NCBI RefSeq assembly: GCF_001194135.2
Contig: NC_069003.1
Span: 32,500,105 to 32,564,104 of the forward strand
DNA: 64,000 nucleotides
Source of the DNA: Octopus bimaculoides
Taxonomy: Eukaryota
Direction of reading: 5' to 3'
Shown: piece after piece, positions 40,812 to 53,343 of the stretch
Position numbering within the stretch: the stretch's first letter is position 1
Layout: every line of letters begins with the position of its first letter
Notes under the pieces: model-generated
Database searches by the model: none
What the model saw: the letters and a program-made list of their open reading frames with translations, nothing else
What the model was told of the DNA's origin: nothing
Translations under genes and position numbers: made by a program

Positions 40812-41802
40812 GGTATGTGAATATAAAACAAAGTATTATCTCTGAATTAAGTTCACTACACATGAATGAAAATAGCAAACTATTAATACCACCACCCAGT
40901 AGCATGTTGAAATAATGCTAATAATAATAATAATAATACTTTTTTCAAAAATAAATTATTATTTCTCACACACAACTGCTTTTTTGGTTTTTTTTTTTTT
41001 TTGCCTTCAATGTTGTTTTAATATTTTCTTGTTTAAATTAAATATTTCTGCAAGGCANNNNNNNNNNGTTTGAAACATGTCTAATTATGAAACTGTGTTT
41101 CTTTCTTTCTTTCTTTCTCTGTATTTGTGATGTTGATGGTGGTGGTGGTGATGTTGATGGTGGTGCCGGTGATGGTGGTGGTGGTGGTGGTGGTAGTAGC
41201 AGCTTGTCTTCAAACCATTGATCCTTTTACAATAGATTCAGTTGTGTTATTACATCATTGATGCCAATTCTAAATATATATATACACACACACACAAATC
41301 TACAGCATACATAATTACACATGCATACAAACCTATATGCACACACATTTAATATGCACATGCATTTTTACACAACTAGACACATGCATATCTGTATATA
41401 TATACATACAATCGCACAGGCATACAAAATCACACACAAACAATTGCACTCATACACACTATCAACATTTACACACACACAGGCGTACACATATAATCAC
41501 ACATGTACTTATAGTTATACACAGTCACAAAATCACTGCATACACACACACACACACACATACATGCAACCACAAGCCAACAAAGGAACTTTTACATGGT
41601 CACTGAACCTGCTGAAAATAGCAGCAAAATCTCCCTCGAATCACACCCTACCATCTTAAAAAACCCACATGTGTTCCTTGTTTCCTTAAACATGGGGGAA
41701 AATGGGATGGTCACGGCTGGAATGCTTTTAATCATGCCTCTGCCCAATCAAGCTTGACCAGAGCTAAACAAGGATAACAACATTCTATTACACACACATA
41801 TA

Positions 41803-41965
41803 GGCGCAGGAGTGGCTGTGTGGTAAGTAGTTTGCTTACCAACTACATGGTCAATGGTTCAGTCCCACTGCATAGCACCTTGGGCAAGTGTCTTCTACTA
41901 TAGCCTCGGGCCGACCAAAACCTTGTGAGTGGATTTGGTAGACGGAAACGGAAAGAAGCCTGTCG
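41803..41965 (+). mobile_element. CORE-type tRNA-derived SINE head (young), representative of the most abundant family
   Basis: ggcgcaggagtggctgtgtggtaag (A box), ggttcagtccc (B box), gcaccttgggcaagtgtcttc resembling the MIR/CORE block. Further + copies near 2500, 6536, 7875, 9825, 20115, 23760, 38165, 48405, 56860 and 61325. Confidence 0.85.
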
Positions 41966-42469
41966 TATATATGTATATATATATATATNNNNNNNNNNNN
42001 NNNNNNNNNNNNNNNNNNNNNNNNNNNNNNNNNNNNNNNNNNNNNNNNNNNNNNNNNNNNNNNNNNNNNNNNNNNNNNNNNNNNNNNNNNNNNNNNNNNN
42101 NNNNNNNNNNNNNNNNNNNNNNNNNNNNNNNNNNNNNNNNNNNNNNNNNNNNNNNNNNNNNNNNNNNNNNNNNNNNNNNNNNNNNNNNNNNNNNNNNNNN
42201 NNNNNNNNNNNNNNNNNNNNNNNNNNNNNNNNNNNNNNNNNNNNNNNNNNNNNNNNNNNNNNNNNNNNNNNNNNNNNNNNNNNNNNNNNNNNNNNNNNNN
42301 NNNNNNNNNNNNNNNNNNNNNNNNNNNNNNNNNNNNNNNNNNNNNNNNNNNNNNNNNNNNNNNNNNNNNNNNNNNNNNNNNNNNNNNNNNNNNNNNNNNN
42401 NNNNNNNNNNNNNNNNNNNNNNNNNNNNNNNNNNNNNNNNNNNNNNNNNNNNNNNNNNNNNNNNNNGTG

Positions 42470-42520
<51 letters not shown>

Positions 42521-42905
42521 ACTCACACAAAATCATATCATGCATACATAGTTTTTGTTCCCATTTTTCTGCTACCATCATTACTTTTCTCCCTCCAGAA
42601 AAGAAAATGAATTTCTCATATTTCACTCAGGTAATAGTCCCTTCCAGGAATGCGTTTGTGTGTTTGTTTATTACACATATAACGTGTACACATTATTATC
42701 AGTGCAAGTGTATGCATGTGTGTGTATAGAAATGCATTTGCATGCTTATGCACATGCATGCAAGCACACATGCACATGCGTGCACACACATACACACTGT
42801 ACACACAAAAGCTTATTTTGTTCTGTTTAAGGAATAAGCTTTCTTTCTCTTTCCCCTTTTCCAATTAAGAATGTCAGGAATAAATCTGTCAATGTTGTCT
42901 CACTA

Positions 42906-42911
42906 ATAACA

Positions 42912-42945
<34 letters not shown>

Positions 42946-43093
42946 TAATAATAATAATAATAACAACAATAATAATAATAATAATAGCAATAATAATAAT
43001 AATAACAATAATAATAATAACAATAATAATAACAATAATAATAACAATAACAATAATAATAATAATAATGATAATAATAATAATAATAATAGC

Positions 43094-43130
<37 letters not shown>

Positions 43131-43156
43131 ATTAACAATAACAACAACAACAACAA
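42906..43156. repeat. Compound (AAT)n/(AAC)n microsatellite; other AAT/ATT runs at 11471-11545, 14128-14170 and 20382-20517
   Basis: Direct. Confidence 0.97.
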
Positions 43157-43984
43157 CCAGCATCATTACCGCAACTACTAAAACAGGGCTATGGTGATGA
43201 TCAAAATGATGATGATGATGATGATGATGACAATCCTATATTAAATTTCATGTCATTTTCTAATTTCCTTTTAATAACTCCAAGAAAGTGTCTAGAAGCA
43301 AGGAAAAAGTTTTAATATATACACAGATACACACAAACACATGCTCACATAAACCATTTATAATAGAGCTAATTGCTGTGTGTGTGTGTGTGTGTTTTTG
43401 TGTGTGTGCGCGCATGCATGCGTGTTTGTGTGTAATCATTATCATCATGTCTATTCCCCTGTTCCCTTCTTGCATTGGGTTAGAAAGCCATCCTTCCTAT
43501 CAAGGCATCCCATTACTTGTTGCAGTCGTTTGTCGTATCTTTTGTGACATTCTGCATTCTGAGATAATTTTACACCACTTCTTCCCATAGTGTCCTTCGT
43601 CTACCTATTCTATAGATTCATTCCGGTTGTATCACTTTGAATTAACTTTACCCAACTATCACCTTCTATATATAAAAATGACCAGTAAGTGGTCTGTTAA
43701 TATGCTAGAAATAGATCACTTAAAAAATTCTCAAAGAAGGATTCAGCGGAGCAAAAACAGGCGGGCTAGACCAGTGAAAATTATAAATACCTCGGTTATC
43801 TGTAGACTATAGTTTCAAAATCAATACTTCCAAATTAAAGTATCTATTTCTCATCAGTAGAAATTGCCAATATTATTATAATCGAACAGAATCTCGTGCT
43901 AGTTGTCTCCAGCTATCACCTTCTATATATATATATATATATATATAAGCTATCACCTTCTACATATATTTATAAGAGCAAAGA

Positions 43985-44285
43985 GGTGACACTAGTAAAA
44001 ACAAAGGTTATGACCTCTCATTTCTAGGGTTTGCTTCCACATTACGAGTTTCTTTTCTACTTCTTTGGTAGATTCATGTATAAGAACAAGGCCATCAGCA
44101 TACAGTAGTTCCAATAGACAGCAAGTCCTAAACTCCCCAGTCATGACCGTGAGAGCTATAATTAGGAAGAGGTGGGGGGGACAAGGACCAAACCATAATG
44201 GACACTTAACCATATGCTAACCTCCTCATTGATTTCACTGCTCACTCTCATTCTACTGACATTGTATCTCTGTACATTGTTTGCA
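43985..44285 (-). mobile_element. LINE (RTE-like) reverse transcriptase fragment, degraded
   Basis: EFRTCCLLELLYADGLVL...VEKKLVMWKQTLEMRG contains a YADD-derived motif; a frameshifted upstream part reads MYRDTMS. Confidence 0.85.
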
Positions 44286-44361
44286 TGACTCTTACAAAAT
44301 CATTAATCTTCACCTAGTTTTTTGGGGGACTACCAGGCCACAAATTGCAATACTCTATTAA

Positions 44362-44581
44362 CCCTTTCGTTACCAGCCCGCCTGAAACTTCCTCTGGCTC
44401 TGAGTACAAATGTCTTGTTTTCATAAGTTTTGAATTAAAATCATCCACCAAACCTTACTCACAATTTATGTTCCTAACACCAGCTGAATGATAACAAAGT
44501 TATTTTACTAAATTCTTTGTTATATTTAAAGTAATTGAAGGAAACACAGAACATCTCAAAATAAATACAGTAACGAAAGGC
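44362..44581. mobile_element. piggyBac-like MITE (second family)
   Basis: TTAA TSDs (44358-61, 44582-85); TIR ccctttcgttac / gtaacgaaaggc. Confidence 0.8.
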
Positions 44582-45249
44582 TTAAAGGCCTTTTTAAGTC
44601 AATGATTGCTAGGTATTGTGGCTTACTCTTTGCTAAGATTTTCATCTGATTGTTAAGGCTTGAGTTAAACGAAATTTAGCTGCTGTTTCTAGCAGATTGA
44701 GTGACCTCATAGAGGTTCCTTCATTGACTGAGAGTGTGGTCTGTCATGACATTTGTTGTAGAAGCTGATTAATACCAAGCTGTCGAACAGATGCTTAAAT
44801 CTCATCTGATTCCATCTAATAAGATATATATATATATATATTCTTTTTATTCTTTTGTTTCTTTCAGTCATTTGACTGTGGCCATGCTGGAGATATATAT
44901 ATATATATATATATAGATAAGCTTAGGTGAATCCCTCTAAGCTTATATCTAAACTGAATCCATCAGTGTGGACAGCAAGTTGATTTGATCTCAGCGTCAT
45001 TTCAATGTATTTCAGGACTGTTCACTTCAGAATCCGATACTGGGATCAAGCTGACCTTCTCAAGATATCATCAAAGTTAGGGTTATATTTGTGCGTGTGT
45101 GTGTGTGTGTGTGTGTGGTGAGGTAATAGTGAACAGTCATCACCATCATCATCATCATCGTCATCACTTCCTGCTTAAATACCAAGATATTTGCATACAG
45201 CAGTGTTGTTGTCATGGAGGTAGTGTTAGTTGTTATAGTTGTAGTATTT

Positions 45250-45600
45250 ATTGGCTGTTGATTGTTGTTGTTGTTGTTGTTGTTACTGGTTGGTGGTGTT
45301 GATGGTAGTTGATGGGTTAGTGGTTGTAAGTGATGATGATGGTGGTGGTGGTGGTGGTGGTGGTGGTGGTGGTGGTAGTTGATGGGTTAGTGGTTGTAAG
45401 TGATGGTTGTGATGATGGTGGTGGTGGTTGCTACAGTAGGAGCAATAACTGTTATTGATGTGACAATGATTGTGATGACTGCTGCTCTTGTTGTTGTTGT
45501 TGTGGTGGTGGTGGTGGTGGTGGTGGTGGTGGTGGTAGCAGTGGCAAATAAGCTGTAGTTGTTGTGATGGTAGTGATGATGATGATGATGATTACAGTGG
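45250..45600. repeat. Compound (GTT/GGT/GAT)n low-complexity tract with a short internal duplication
   Basis: tagttgatgggttagtggttgtaagtgatg occurs twice, separated by (GGT)n. Confidence 0.9.
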
Positions 45601-46561
45601 TTGTTAGTTAATTTGTGTCCCATTTCAATAGTCTGAACGTTGAAATAGTTTGAAAAATGTGAAAAAAGTAAAACTCATNNNNNNNNNNNNNNNNNNNNNN
45701 NNNNNNNNNNNNNNNNNNNNNNNNNNNNNNNNNNNCCCCCCCACACACACACACACATATAGACACACATCCATCACCAAATGGAACAAAAGTTTTGATC
45801 TCTGTTTTGTTGCAATTGACCTTTTAATGCATTGAGACGCTGTGAAAAGGTGCACATCTGCTGTGCAGCAGCTTGCATGCAACCATTCACTGGATACAAT
45901 TTCTGAACTTTGGAAACCAAAAGTATATTCACAAATAAATGTTAAAACATCACTTACATGGTATTTTATTCATTGATGTAAATTCAGGCATTTGGATAGA
46001 GAGAGAGAGGGGGGAAGAGAGAGAGAGAGAGAGAGAGAGGGCAGAGGTGAAGCTGGAGAGAGGGAGGTAGATTTGGTTAAGAAAGTTCGAAGAAGATCAC
46101 ATGACCATTTCTGTTTCTGTTTTTACTGAAAGGAAAATAGCTGTAAGGTCGGAAGGAATAAATACGAATACAGCAAGTTAATATGGCGAAACAAAACACA
46201 ACACAAAAACCAGCAACAAAAATAGTTTATTAAGCAAGTCATTAGATAATGAAGCCAGCATTGTTGTAGTGATTACACGAAGAGGAAGAGGAAGATGAAG
46301 AAGAAACAAAAGCCTGCTTTACATGTACTGCGATTCTGGTGTATGTATGTGAATAAATGATATACGCTAACCTCACAACAAAATGATTCAAGACAGCAAG
46401 AACTAAAGCTGTTGTGTTTATTGGCCATGGATTGCTGCTTAAAGCATATTCAAGCTGCACCTAGCAACCAGACATCCAACCAACCATCATATGGTATTTT
46501 ATTGCCTTATTTTTCCCTCCATTTAATTTCTGTGTAAATCCCCACTACACTTTATCTAACC

Positions 46562-46918
46562 CAGTGGTTCTCAACCATTTTTTATAGTGGACTCCTTTGA
46601 TTGCTATTCTATTCTGGTGGACTCCCATTGCCATTCAGTTTTATAGATATTCTTTTCAAAATTCCTATTTTGTTTACCGTACATTCACTTGTGTTGGTTT
46701 GCAATATCACTCACCAAGAGAACATGTTTCAGTAGCCAGAAACATGTTGAACTAAGTTTAGAATCAGAAAAAGAAACTTAGTTGTTGTGTCTTGCAAAAA
46801 AATACATCAAAAGCAAAATTTTTTCATGGACCCTTAAACTACTCCATAAATCCCCAATTTACTATTTTTGCTTACATGGACCCTGAAAAACTTTATATGA
46901 GCCCTGGTTGAGAACCTG
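46562..46918 (+). mobile_element. hAT-type MITE, family shared with 63631-63869
   Basis: cagtggttctcaacc...ggttgagaacc ends; 5' ~70 bp similar to the copy at 63631. Confidence 0.7.
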
Positions 46919-47356
46919 TTTTTGTAATGTCCCCTTCATTTAATGTCCCTTTGGCAGATAAATCATCACCATCATCATTTTAAAATCCACTTTCCCATGC
47001 TTGCATGGTTTGGATAAAGTTTTATTGAGGCAGATTTTCTATGGTTGGATACCCTTCCTGTCACCAACCCTCACAAGCAAGGTAATATTTCCCCAAAGCC
47101 AGATATGTTTTTGTAGAATACTGGAAGCCAAGACAAGAAGGCACAAGCAGACATGTATGNNNNNNNNNNNNNNNNNNNNNNNNNNNNNNNNNNNNNNNNN
47201 NNNNNNNNNNNNNNNNNNNNNNNNNNNNNNNNNNNNNNNNNNNNNNNNNNNNNNNNNNNNNNNNNNNNNNNNNNNNNNNNNNNNNNNNNNNNNNNNNNNN
47301 NNNNNNNNNNNNNNNNNNNNNNNNNNNNNNNNNNNNNNNNNNNNNNNNNNNNNNNN

Positions 47357-47390
<34 letters not shown>

Positions 47391-48182
47391 TTCTTTCTGC
47401 TTCTAACTACCAAATCCACTTACAGGGCTTTAGTTGGCCTAAGGATATAGTAGAAGCCACTTGCTCAAAGTGCCACACTGTGGAAGTGAGCCTGGAACCA
47501 TATGGTTGGGAAGCAAACTTCTTACCACACAGCCACCCCTATGCCAATAAAATTATTATTATTATTATTTTATGGTAAATATACACCCAATCAACTGCTA
47601 TTATGTCTTATCTTTTGTTGGCACAATTTTGACGGCAGAGAGAAAGGGAGGGAGTGGTAAAAAAAAAAAAAAGAAAGAAAAATTTGTGGGGATTAAGAAA
47701 ATTGCAATTTTAGTCCATAGTCTCTCTCATGAAATATAGCGAAATGAGCTGAGAATATATTGTGAGTTAATGAAGCAGTGTGTTATTACGATTACTTATT
47801 TATTGATGCGAACTGTGAAGATGTCTTCTTTACTAATTCTCCAATATTGCTGTAGCATCATTTGTTAACCTGGATTCTATGATAAGAGTATAGAAACTGT
47901 TACAGATTTTGTTTGTGTTTTCTTTCTTTTTTTTTTTTTTTTTTNNNNNNNNNNTTTTTTTTTTTTTGTTTTGCATTTTTTTATATTTAGTTGTGTGAGG
48001 AAAGAGGAAAAAAAAACCTACCAAAATTTACAATCACCAGGTGAATTTTATATGAAATTCAGTTCAGGCTCTGCATGTGTTTTTTGGCATCATAAAATGC
48101 TGTCATGTGTTTGGGATATTACAAAATTCTATTAAACATCTTCAGTTATTACTAAACTCTATTTAACACGTTTATGGGGTGG

Positions 48183-48398
48183 TGGGGAGGGTGAAAAGTT
48201 CTTGGCTTCAGGTAAAATAAAATACAGGAGAATCAGTTAATTATGATTTTAGTCAACAGATTCCCCCTTTCAGATTCACACTCTTATTGCAGCAGTCCTT
48301 CAGTTTTTCTGAGCCCTGTAAAAGAACTCAGATGGTTGGGCCTCCAACCAGGCTTTTTGCAATATCCTTAAAGCCAGGAACTTTTCAGCAACCCCTTG
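48183..48398 (-). mobile_element. Mariner-derived MITE, same family as 32012-32235
   Basis: Reverse-complement similarity along its length; ends aaagccaggaacttttcagcaacccct-tgTA. Confidence 0.8.
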
Positions 48399-48609
48399 TA
48401 GGTGAAGGCATGGCTGTGTGGTAAGAAGTTTGTTTCCTAATCACATGGTTTTAGGTTCTGTATCACTGCTGGGTACCTTGGACCAGTGTCTTCTACTCTA
48501 TCCCTGGGCCTACAGAAGCCTTGTAAATGGATTTCGTAGAGAGAATGCACAGCAGAGTTCAAGATCAATCTGTGCCAAGTGGCGGCTTCACTCTGCATGC
48601 TTTAGCTTC

Positions 48610-48623
48610 GTTTCTATGGCAAC
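48610..48623. promoter_or_regulatory. RFX X-box-like motif GTTTCTATGGCAAC
   Basis: Exact fit to GTHNYY-AT-RRNAAC; one match in 64 kb could arise by chance. Confidence 0.25.
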
Positions 48624-48934
48624 AGTCCGGATACTTATTGATCAGACCACATTTGTGTGTGATATGTGTGTATGCTAACTGCAGAAGACATAAGTGTATA
48701 TGTTCTGATCGCTTATTGACACGATCGATGGAAAAGTGCTCCACCTATCAATAGATAAATATCATTTAGTAAATACAGGATTTAAATGTGAGAGCTACTA
48801 TAAACTTCATGCTCAAGTAGTACAATAACCAGACAAGTTTGTATAACATGCCATGTACCATCCCATGGACCATCCCATGTACAATCACCGAAACTCAAAG
48901 ACACTCTCCCTGACACATGCAGACATGCATATGT

Positions 48935-49570
48935 TTGTTTATTGTTTTTCAGGTCTATATGCCATTTCCTATTAACCAATTCAATCATTGTCCAGTCTTT
49001 GCTTGTCTTTCGTGTAGTGCATCCTGTCTTACTGTGTGCTTTTTGCAAAAAATGTTTATTTGTTTATTTCTTATTCATTGGTTGGTTCAGTAACTATCAC
49101 CTACCTGTTTATTACATTACATCGTATTTGCTAAAGTTATTCTTTATACTTCATAAATTCTTATTTTAATATCTGAAGTCACAAAATATCTTTTTGATAC
49201 ACACTGTTGTTAAGTGGTTTGCATTTTATATCTGATGTTTATCAAAATTTCTTATGGTTAATTTCTTCCTTTCTTTCTTTCTTTCTTTTTGTTTCTCTGG
49301 CATTCACATCGTTGTGTCTCACTGTCCCACTCTGAGATTTTTCAGATATTAAAAAAAAATTTTTTTTTGATGTATAGAATGAGAAGTTTAGCATAACAAA
49401 GATGTAAATGATGTAATCAAGAAGCAGATACAGGCTGAGTACTAAACCAACCAGTGAATAAATGATAAACAAGTTTAGCAAAACAGAATACAGTCGCACA
49501 ATATAGAAGCAAAGATGCTGGATACTGAATTAGATAACAGGAAATCATACAGAGATGAACAATAGCCAAG
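48935..49570. repeat. Diverged long inverted repeat, arms ~220 bp, spacer ~165 bp
   Basis: Left arm 48935-49177 aligns to the reverse complement of 49341-49570 through blocks atttcct-tta-c-aattca, tctttgctt, ttattca-tggttggtt-agta, tgctaaa-tt and ttttaatatctgaa. Confidence 0.8.
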
Positions 49571-49827
49571 CAATATAAAATAGGACCACCAATAAATTGG
49601 CAAATGAAATGACAACAACCATACACAATGCTCTAATAAAATAGCATTAGAGACCAGCTAATGAAATCAAAAGCTATAGACAAAAAAATCATTCCATTCC
49701 CATGTATATTAAACCAGCCTGAATATTGAAAGAAGACAGTTATGTTGTGGTGATCACTGTTGCATGACAAAGATTTCAATTCACTTCTATATGTGAATGT
49801 GTGTGTTTATACATACCTACATATATA

Positions 49828-50260
49828 TTGGGTCATCCCATAAATAATGCAGTTTTTTTATACTTCTTTTATTTTTCGAAATTAGGATAAAGTTCTTTTT
49901 TAATCTAAAATATACTCTCCTTCATTTTCTACAATGCTCCTCCACCTGTCTGGTAGACTTCCAAGACCCCTCTTCTGAAATTCACTTGTCCGTGATGAAA
50001 AATACTCTCCCAGTAGTTTTCTGACCTCATCTACAGAATTCATATTTTTTCCATCCAAATGATTTTGAAGACTGTGGAATAAATGATAATCAGATAGGGC
50101 AATGTCTGGCAAATATGGTGGGTGGGGCATTGTTTCCCATTCAAACTGCTCCAGCCTTTGGAATGTCATCCTCTCTGTATGTGGCCAAGTATTATCTTGA
50201 TGGAAGAACACGTTTCATCTTGAAACCAAAGATGGTCGTTTTCCTTCTGGTGTCGATGAA
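49828..50260 (-). mobile_element. Mariner (DD34D) transposon remnant: transposase C-terminus plus 3' TIR
   Basis: ORF 49900-50211 reads HQDNTWPH...HPPYLPDIALSDYHLF...RWRSIVENEGEYILD, with 34 residues between the two Asp. TIR-like ttgggtcatcccataaataatgc follows TA at 49826-27. 5' part absent. Confidence 0.92.
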
Positions 50261-51869
50261 TGGTTGAATGACCAAATCCAAACTCCTCTGCTAATTCCTC
50301 AACAGTTACAATGGGATTTTGTTCCACCAGGGTTTGCAGGACAACCTTGTCAAGCTCTACAGATCTTCCAGGATGAGGCTTGTCTCCTAGGCTGTAGTTT
50401 CTGGCTCAGAATTTCTGGAACCACCATTGACACTAAATTACGCTTATTATCTGGTCTCATATACTGCATTAATATTCCTCGCCATTGCATTGTTGCCTTA
50501 TATTGAACTCATAAAGCAAAGTATACCAAATATGCTCCTTTGTCACTTCCATTATAACTCTGAAAAAGTAACTCTTAAAATCGAAATTACAGTTTTTCTG
50601 TATAACTTAGAGCCAGCACTGAAAGTTATGACAATGTTTTGTATACAACTACATCTCTGTAAACAATGCGATTGGAGACAGAAAAATAGGTAGTGGGTGT
50701 ATATGAATATCTCAGGAGTTATTGCTCTTTCTATCCACAAACACATTGCTTAAATACCCACCACACACACACACACACACACAAATATATACACACTTTG
50801 TAAGTGGTTGGCATTAGGAAAAATATTCATCTGTAGAAAGTATGTCACAGCAGACATTAGAGCTTGACACAGTCCCCTGGCTTCTCAGCTTCTGTCAAAC
50901 CATCATCCCATGCCAGCATGGAATATGAACGTTAAATGTTGATGGCTATGATGATTATGATATATAAAATATTGTGTTGTTGGCATTATGTCATTGTTAT
51001 TCTGTACGGCATCATTACCAGGTCTATTTACAAACTAATTCTAGCAAGTATGTTGGCAGCAATCTATGAAAATACAGCAAATAGCCTGGCATCTATCCTG
51101 TTTGGGAGTTTGTTTGTTTCAGTATGTATATGCATGTCTGTGTATCTGCATATGTATATCAATATGCATGTGTGTGTGTGTGTGTGTTGGTCTACTTTAG
51201 TGGCTTCTTTCAATCATATTGCAACCGAGGCTCAACTGTAGACACAACATGGTTTTCATTCAAACCAGTGTCTGTTGCATTTTTTGTATCAGCCAAACCT
51301 TTAGACTTTGTTTCTAGAATGGGACATCGTAAACAATGACCTGATACAATGGTTCCGAGTTAAGATTTACATTGTATACTGTCTTGTGAAGGCACATAGC
51401 TTAGTGGTTAGGATATTCAGCTTATGATTGTAAATTTGATTCCTGGCAGTGCACTGTGTCCTTGAGCAATACACTTTATTTCATGTTGCTTCAGTCTTCT
51501 CAGCTCAAAAGGTCCCTGAATAAGGGTTTGAGGATGGTGAATGACACACCCATGTTTCTAAAGGTGAAATATCCAAACCCCAAAGAATTCCTCTCAACAC
51601 ATGGCTATGATGCTCCCTCACTACTTCTGCTTGTGATCAGAGATGCATATATTGTCAGCCACTAAGGGACATGCTCAACTGGTTAAGGTCAAACAACTGA
51701 GAAGCAAATCTGTGGTATTGAGCAGAATATCTGCTGTAGCCCATCTTTTATACCAAGACAAAACAATGTACATAGCATTTAAAATTAGTTAAGATCAAAA
51801 GCCATGAGAGCCACTGCCTGGTACTGCATCATCATCATCATCATCATCATCATTATTATTATGTGTATA

Positions 51870-52225
51870 TATCGAGCGAGTTCGTTGCCAGTACCGCTGG
51901 ACTGGCCCTTGTGCAGATGGCATGTAAAATACACCATTTCGAACGTGGCCGTTGCCAGTACCTCTTGACTGGCCTTCGTGCTGGTGGCATGTAAATGCAC
52001 CCCCTACACTCTCGGAGTGGTTGGCGTTAGGAATGGCATCCAGCTGTAGAAACTCTGCCAAATCAGATTGGAGCCTGGTGCAGCCATCTGGTTCACCAGT
52101 CCTCAGTCANNNNNNNNNNTCAGATTGGAGCCTGGTGCAGCCATCTGGTTCACCAGTCCTCAGTCAAATCGTCCAACCCATGCTAGCATGGAAAGCGGAT
52201 GTTAAACAACGACGATGATGATGAT
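51870..52225 (+). mobile_element. RTE-tail-like dispersed repeat ending in (GAT)n
   Basis: ggagtggttggcgttagg...catccagctgtagaaactctgcc...ccatgctagcatggaaagcgga-gttaaac-(gat)n. Copies at 1076-1375 (+), 5570-5690 (+), 35440-35610 (+), 46970-47110 (-), 50800-50940 (+), 56330-56500 (-) and 61529-61698 (-). Confidence 0.75.
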
Positions 52226-52834
52226 ACATTTGTATGACTTAATGGTTAGTTTACATTCATGATCACAAGATTGTGATTTCAATTCTCTGTGGTGTATTGT
52301 GTTCTTGAGCAAATCACTTCTTTTTGTGTTGCTCTGAAATAACTTCGACATCCAATGTGTACCATGTCATGCATCTGCACAGGCAATGACATTTGATGGA
52401 GGGAGTGAGCTAATTTACAACACAAACACTTTTATATTACTGCAAACAAATCATCTGTGCAAGATGTTGTTCAGCAAGAAATTGCAGAACCCTTGTCTGT
52501 CATTTACAACAGAAAAGTCCATGCACGCATGCATGTGTGTGTCTATAAATAGGTAAGTGGGTAGGTAGGGAAAGAGAGATTGATCCATCCAACCACCTGC
52601 TCATTCATTCATCTCTCCATCCATCTATGTGATTAAGAAGCTTGTTCTATTTTTGTTCAGCTCTACTCTGATCAGTCAGACTTGTCATCAAAGATATTCA
52701 GGCTGTGACCATCCCATCTTTTGCTCAGACATAGTGTAAATTAAACTAAGACTGCATTAACTAATGTATCCTGCTTTTTTCTTCTAAGACACTGGAATGT
52801 GATTTCAGAAAAGGGGATAAATAGATAGAAAGAC

Positions 52835-52879
<45 letters not shown>

Positions 52880-53308
52880 TGTGACTGCTATTTTTAATGA
52901 GGTTGAGTAACTGTGTAGGGGTTCTTTCTTGGGTATCTGCTTGTGTGAGTGAATTTACTTGCACTGATTGACTGATTGTCAGTGACGTTATTATTGAATT
53001 ACATTAGACATGCAAGCTGAAGATTTAACTGACAAGAATATTTCATGGATGTCAGAATGTTCAGGAGATATTTATACTTGTTTATTAAATTTAAGATAGT
53101 GGAGACATGAACGTTACAAATGCGAGAAACGTTAAAAAAATAAAGGGGGAGGAAAAAGGGAATAGAGTGTTAAATATATAAAGAATATAAATTTTTAAAA
53201 AATAGTAAAATTAACAATAAATAGAGAAGTGCTTCCACTAATATCTTAGCAAGAAACAATATTTTATACGTGAGACATCTGATCTCAGCAGCTTTTAGCT
53301 AATTCTTT

Positions 53309-53343
<35 letters not shown>

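Noticed and set aside
45015-45076. AG...GT bounded segment resembling an exon
   Set aside because: Weak donor, and no frame resembles ZO-1 or any recognised protein.
52063-52166. Exact 47-bp duplication on both sides of a 10-N gap
   Set aside because: Typical unmerged contig overlap; assembly artefact.
53019-53108. Short ORF MQAEDLTDKNISW..., superficially like GDNITW
   Set aside because: No splice donor, ends in a stop, and the similarity is too short to be meaningful.
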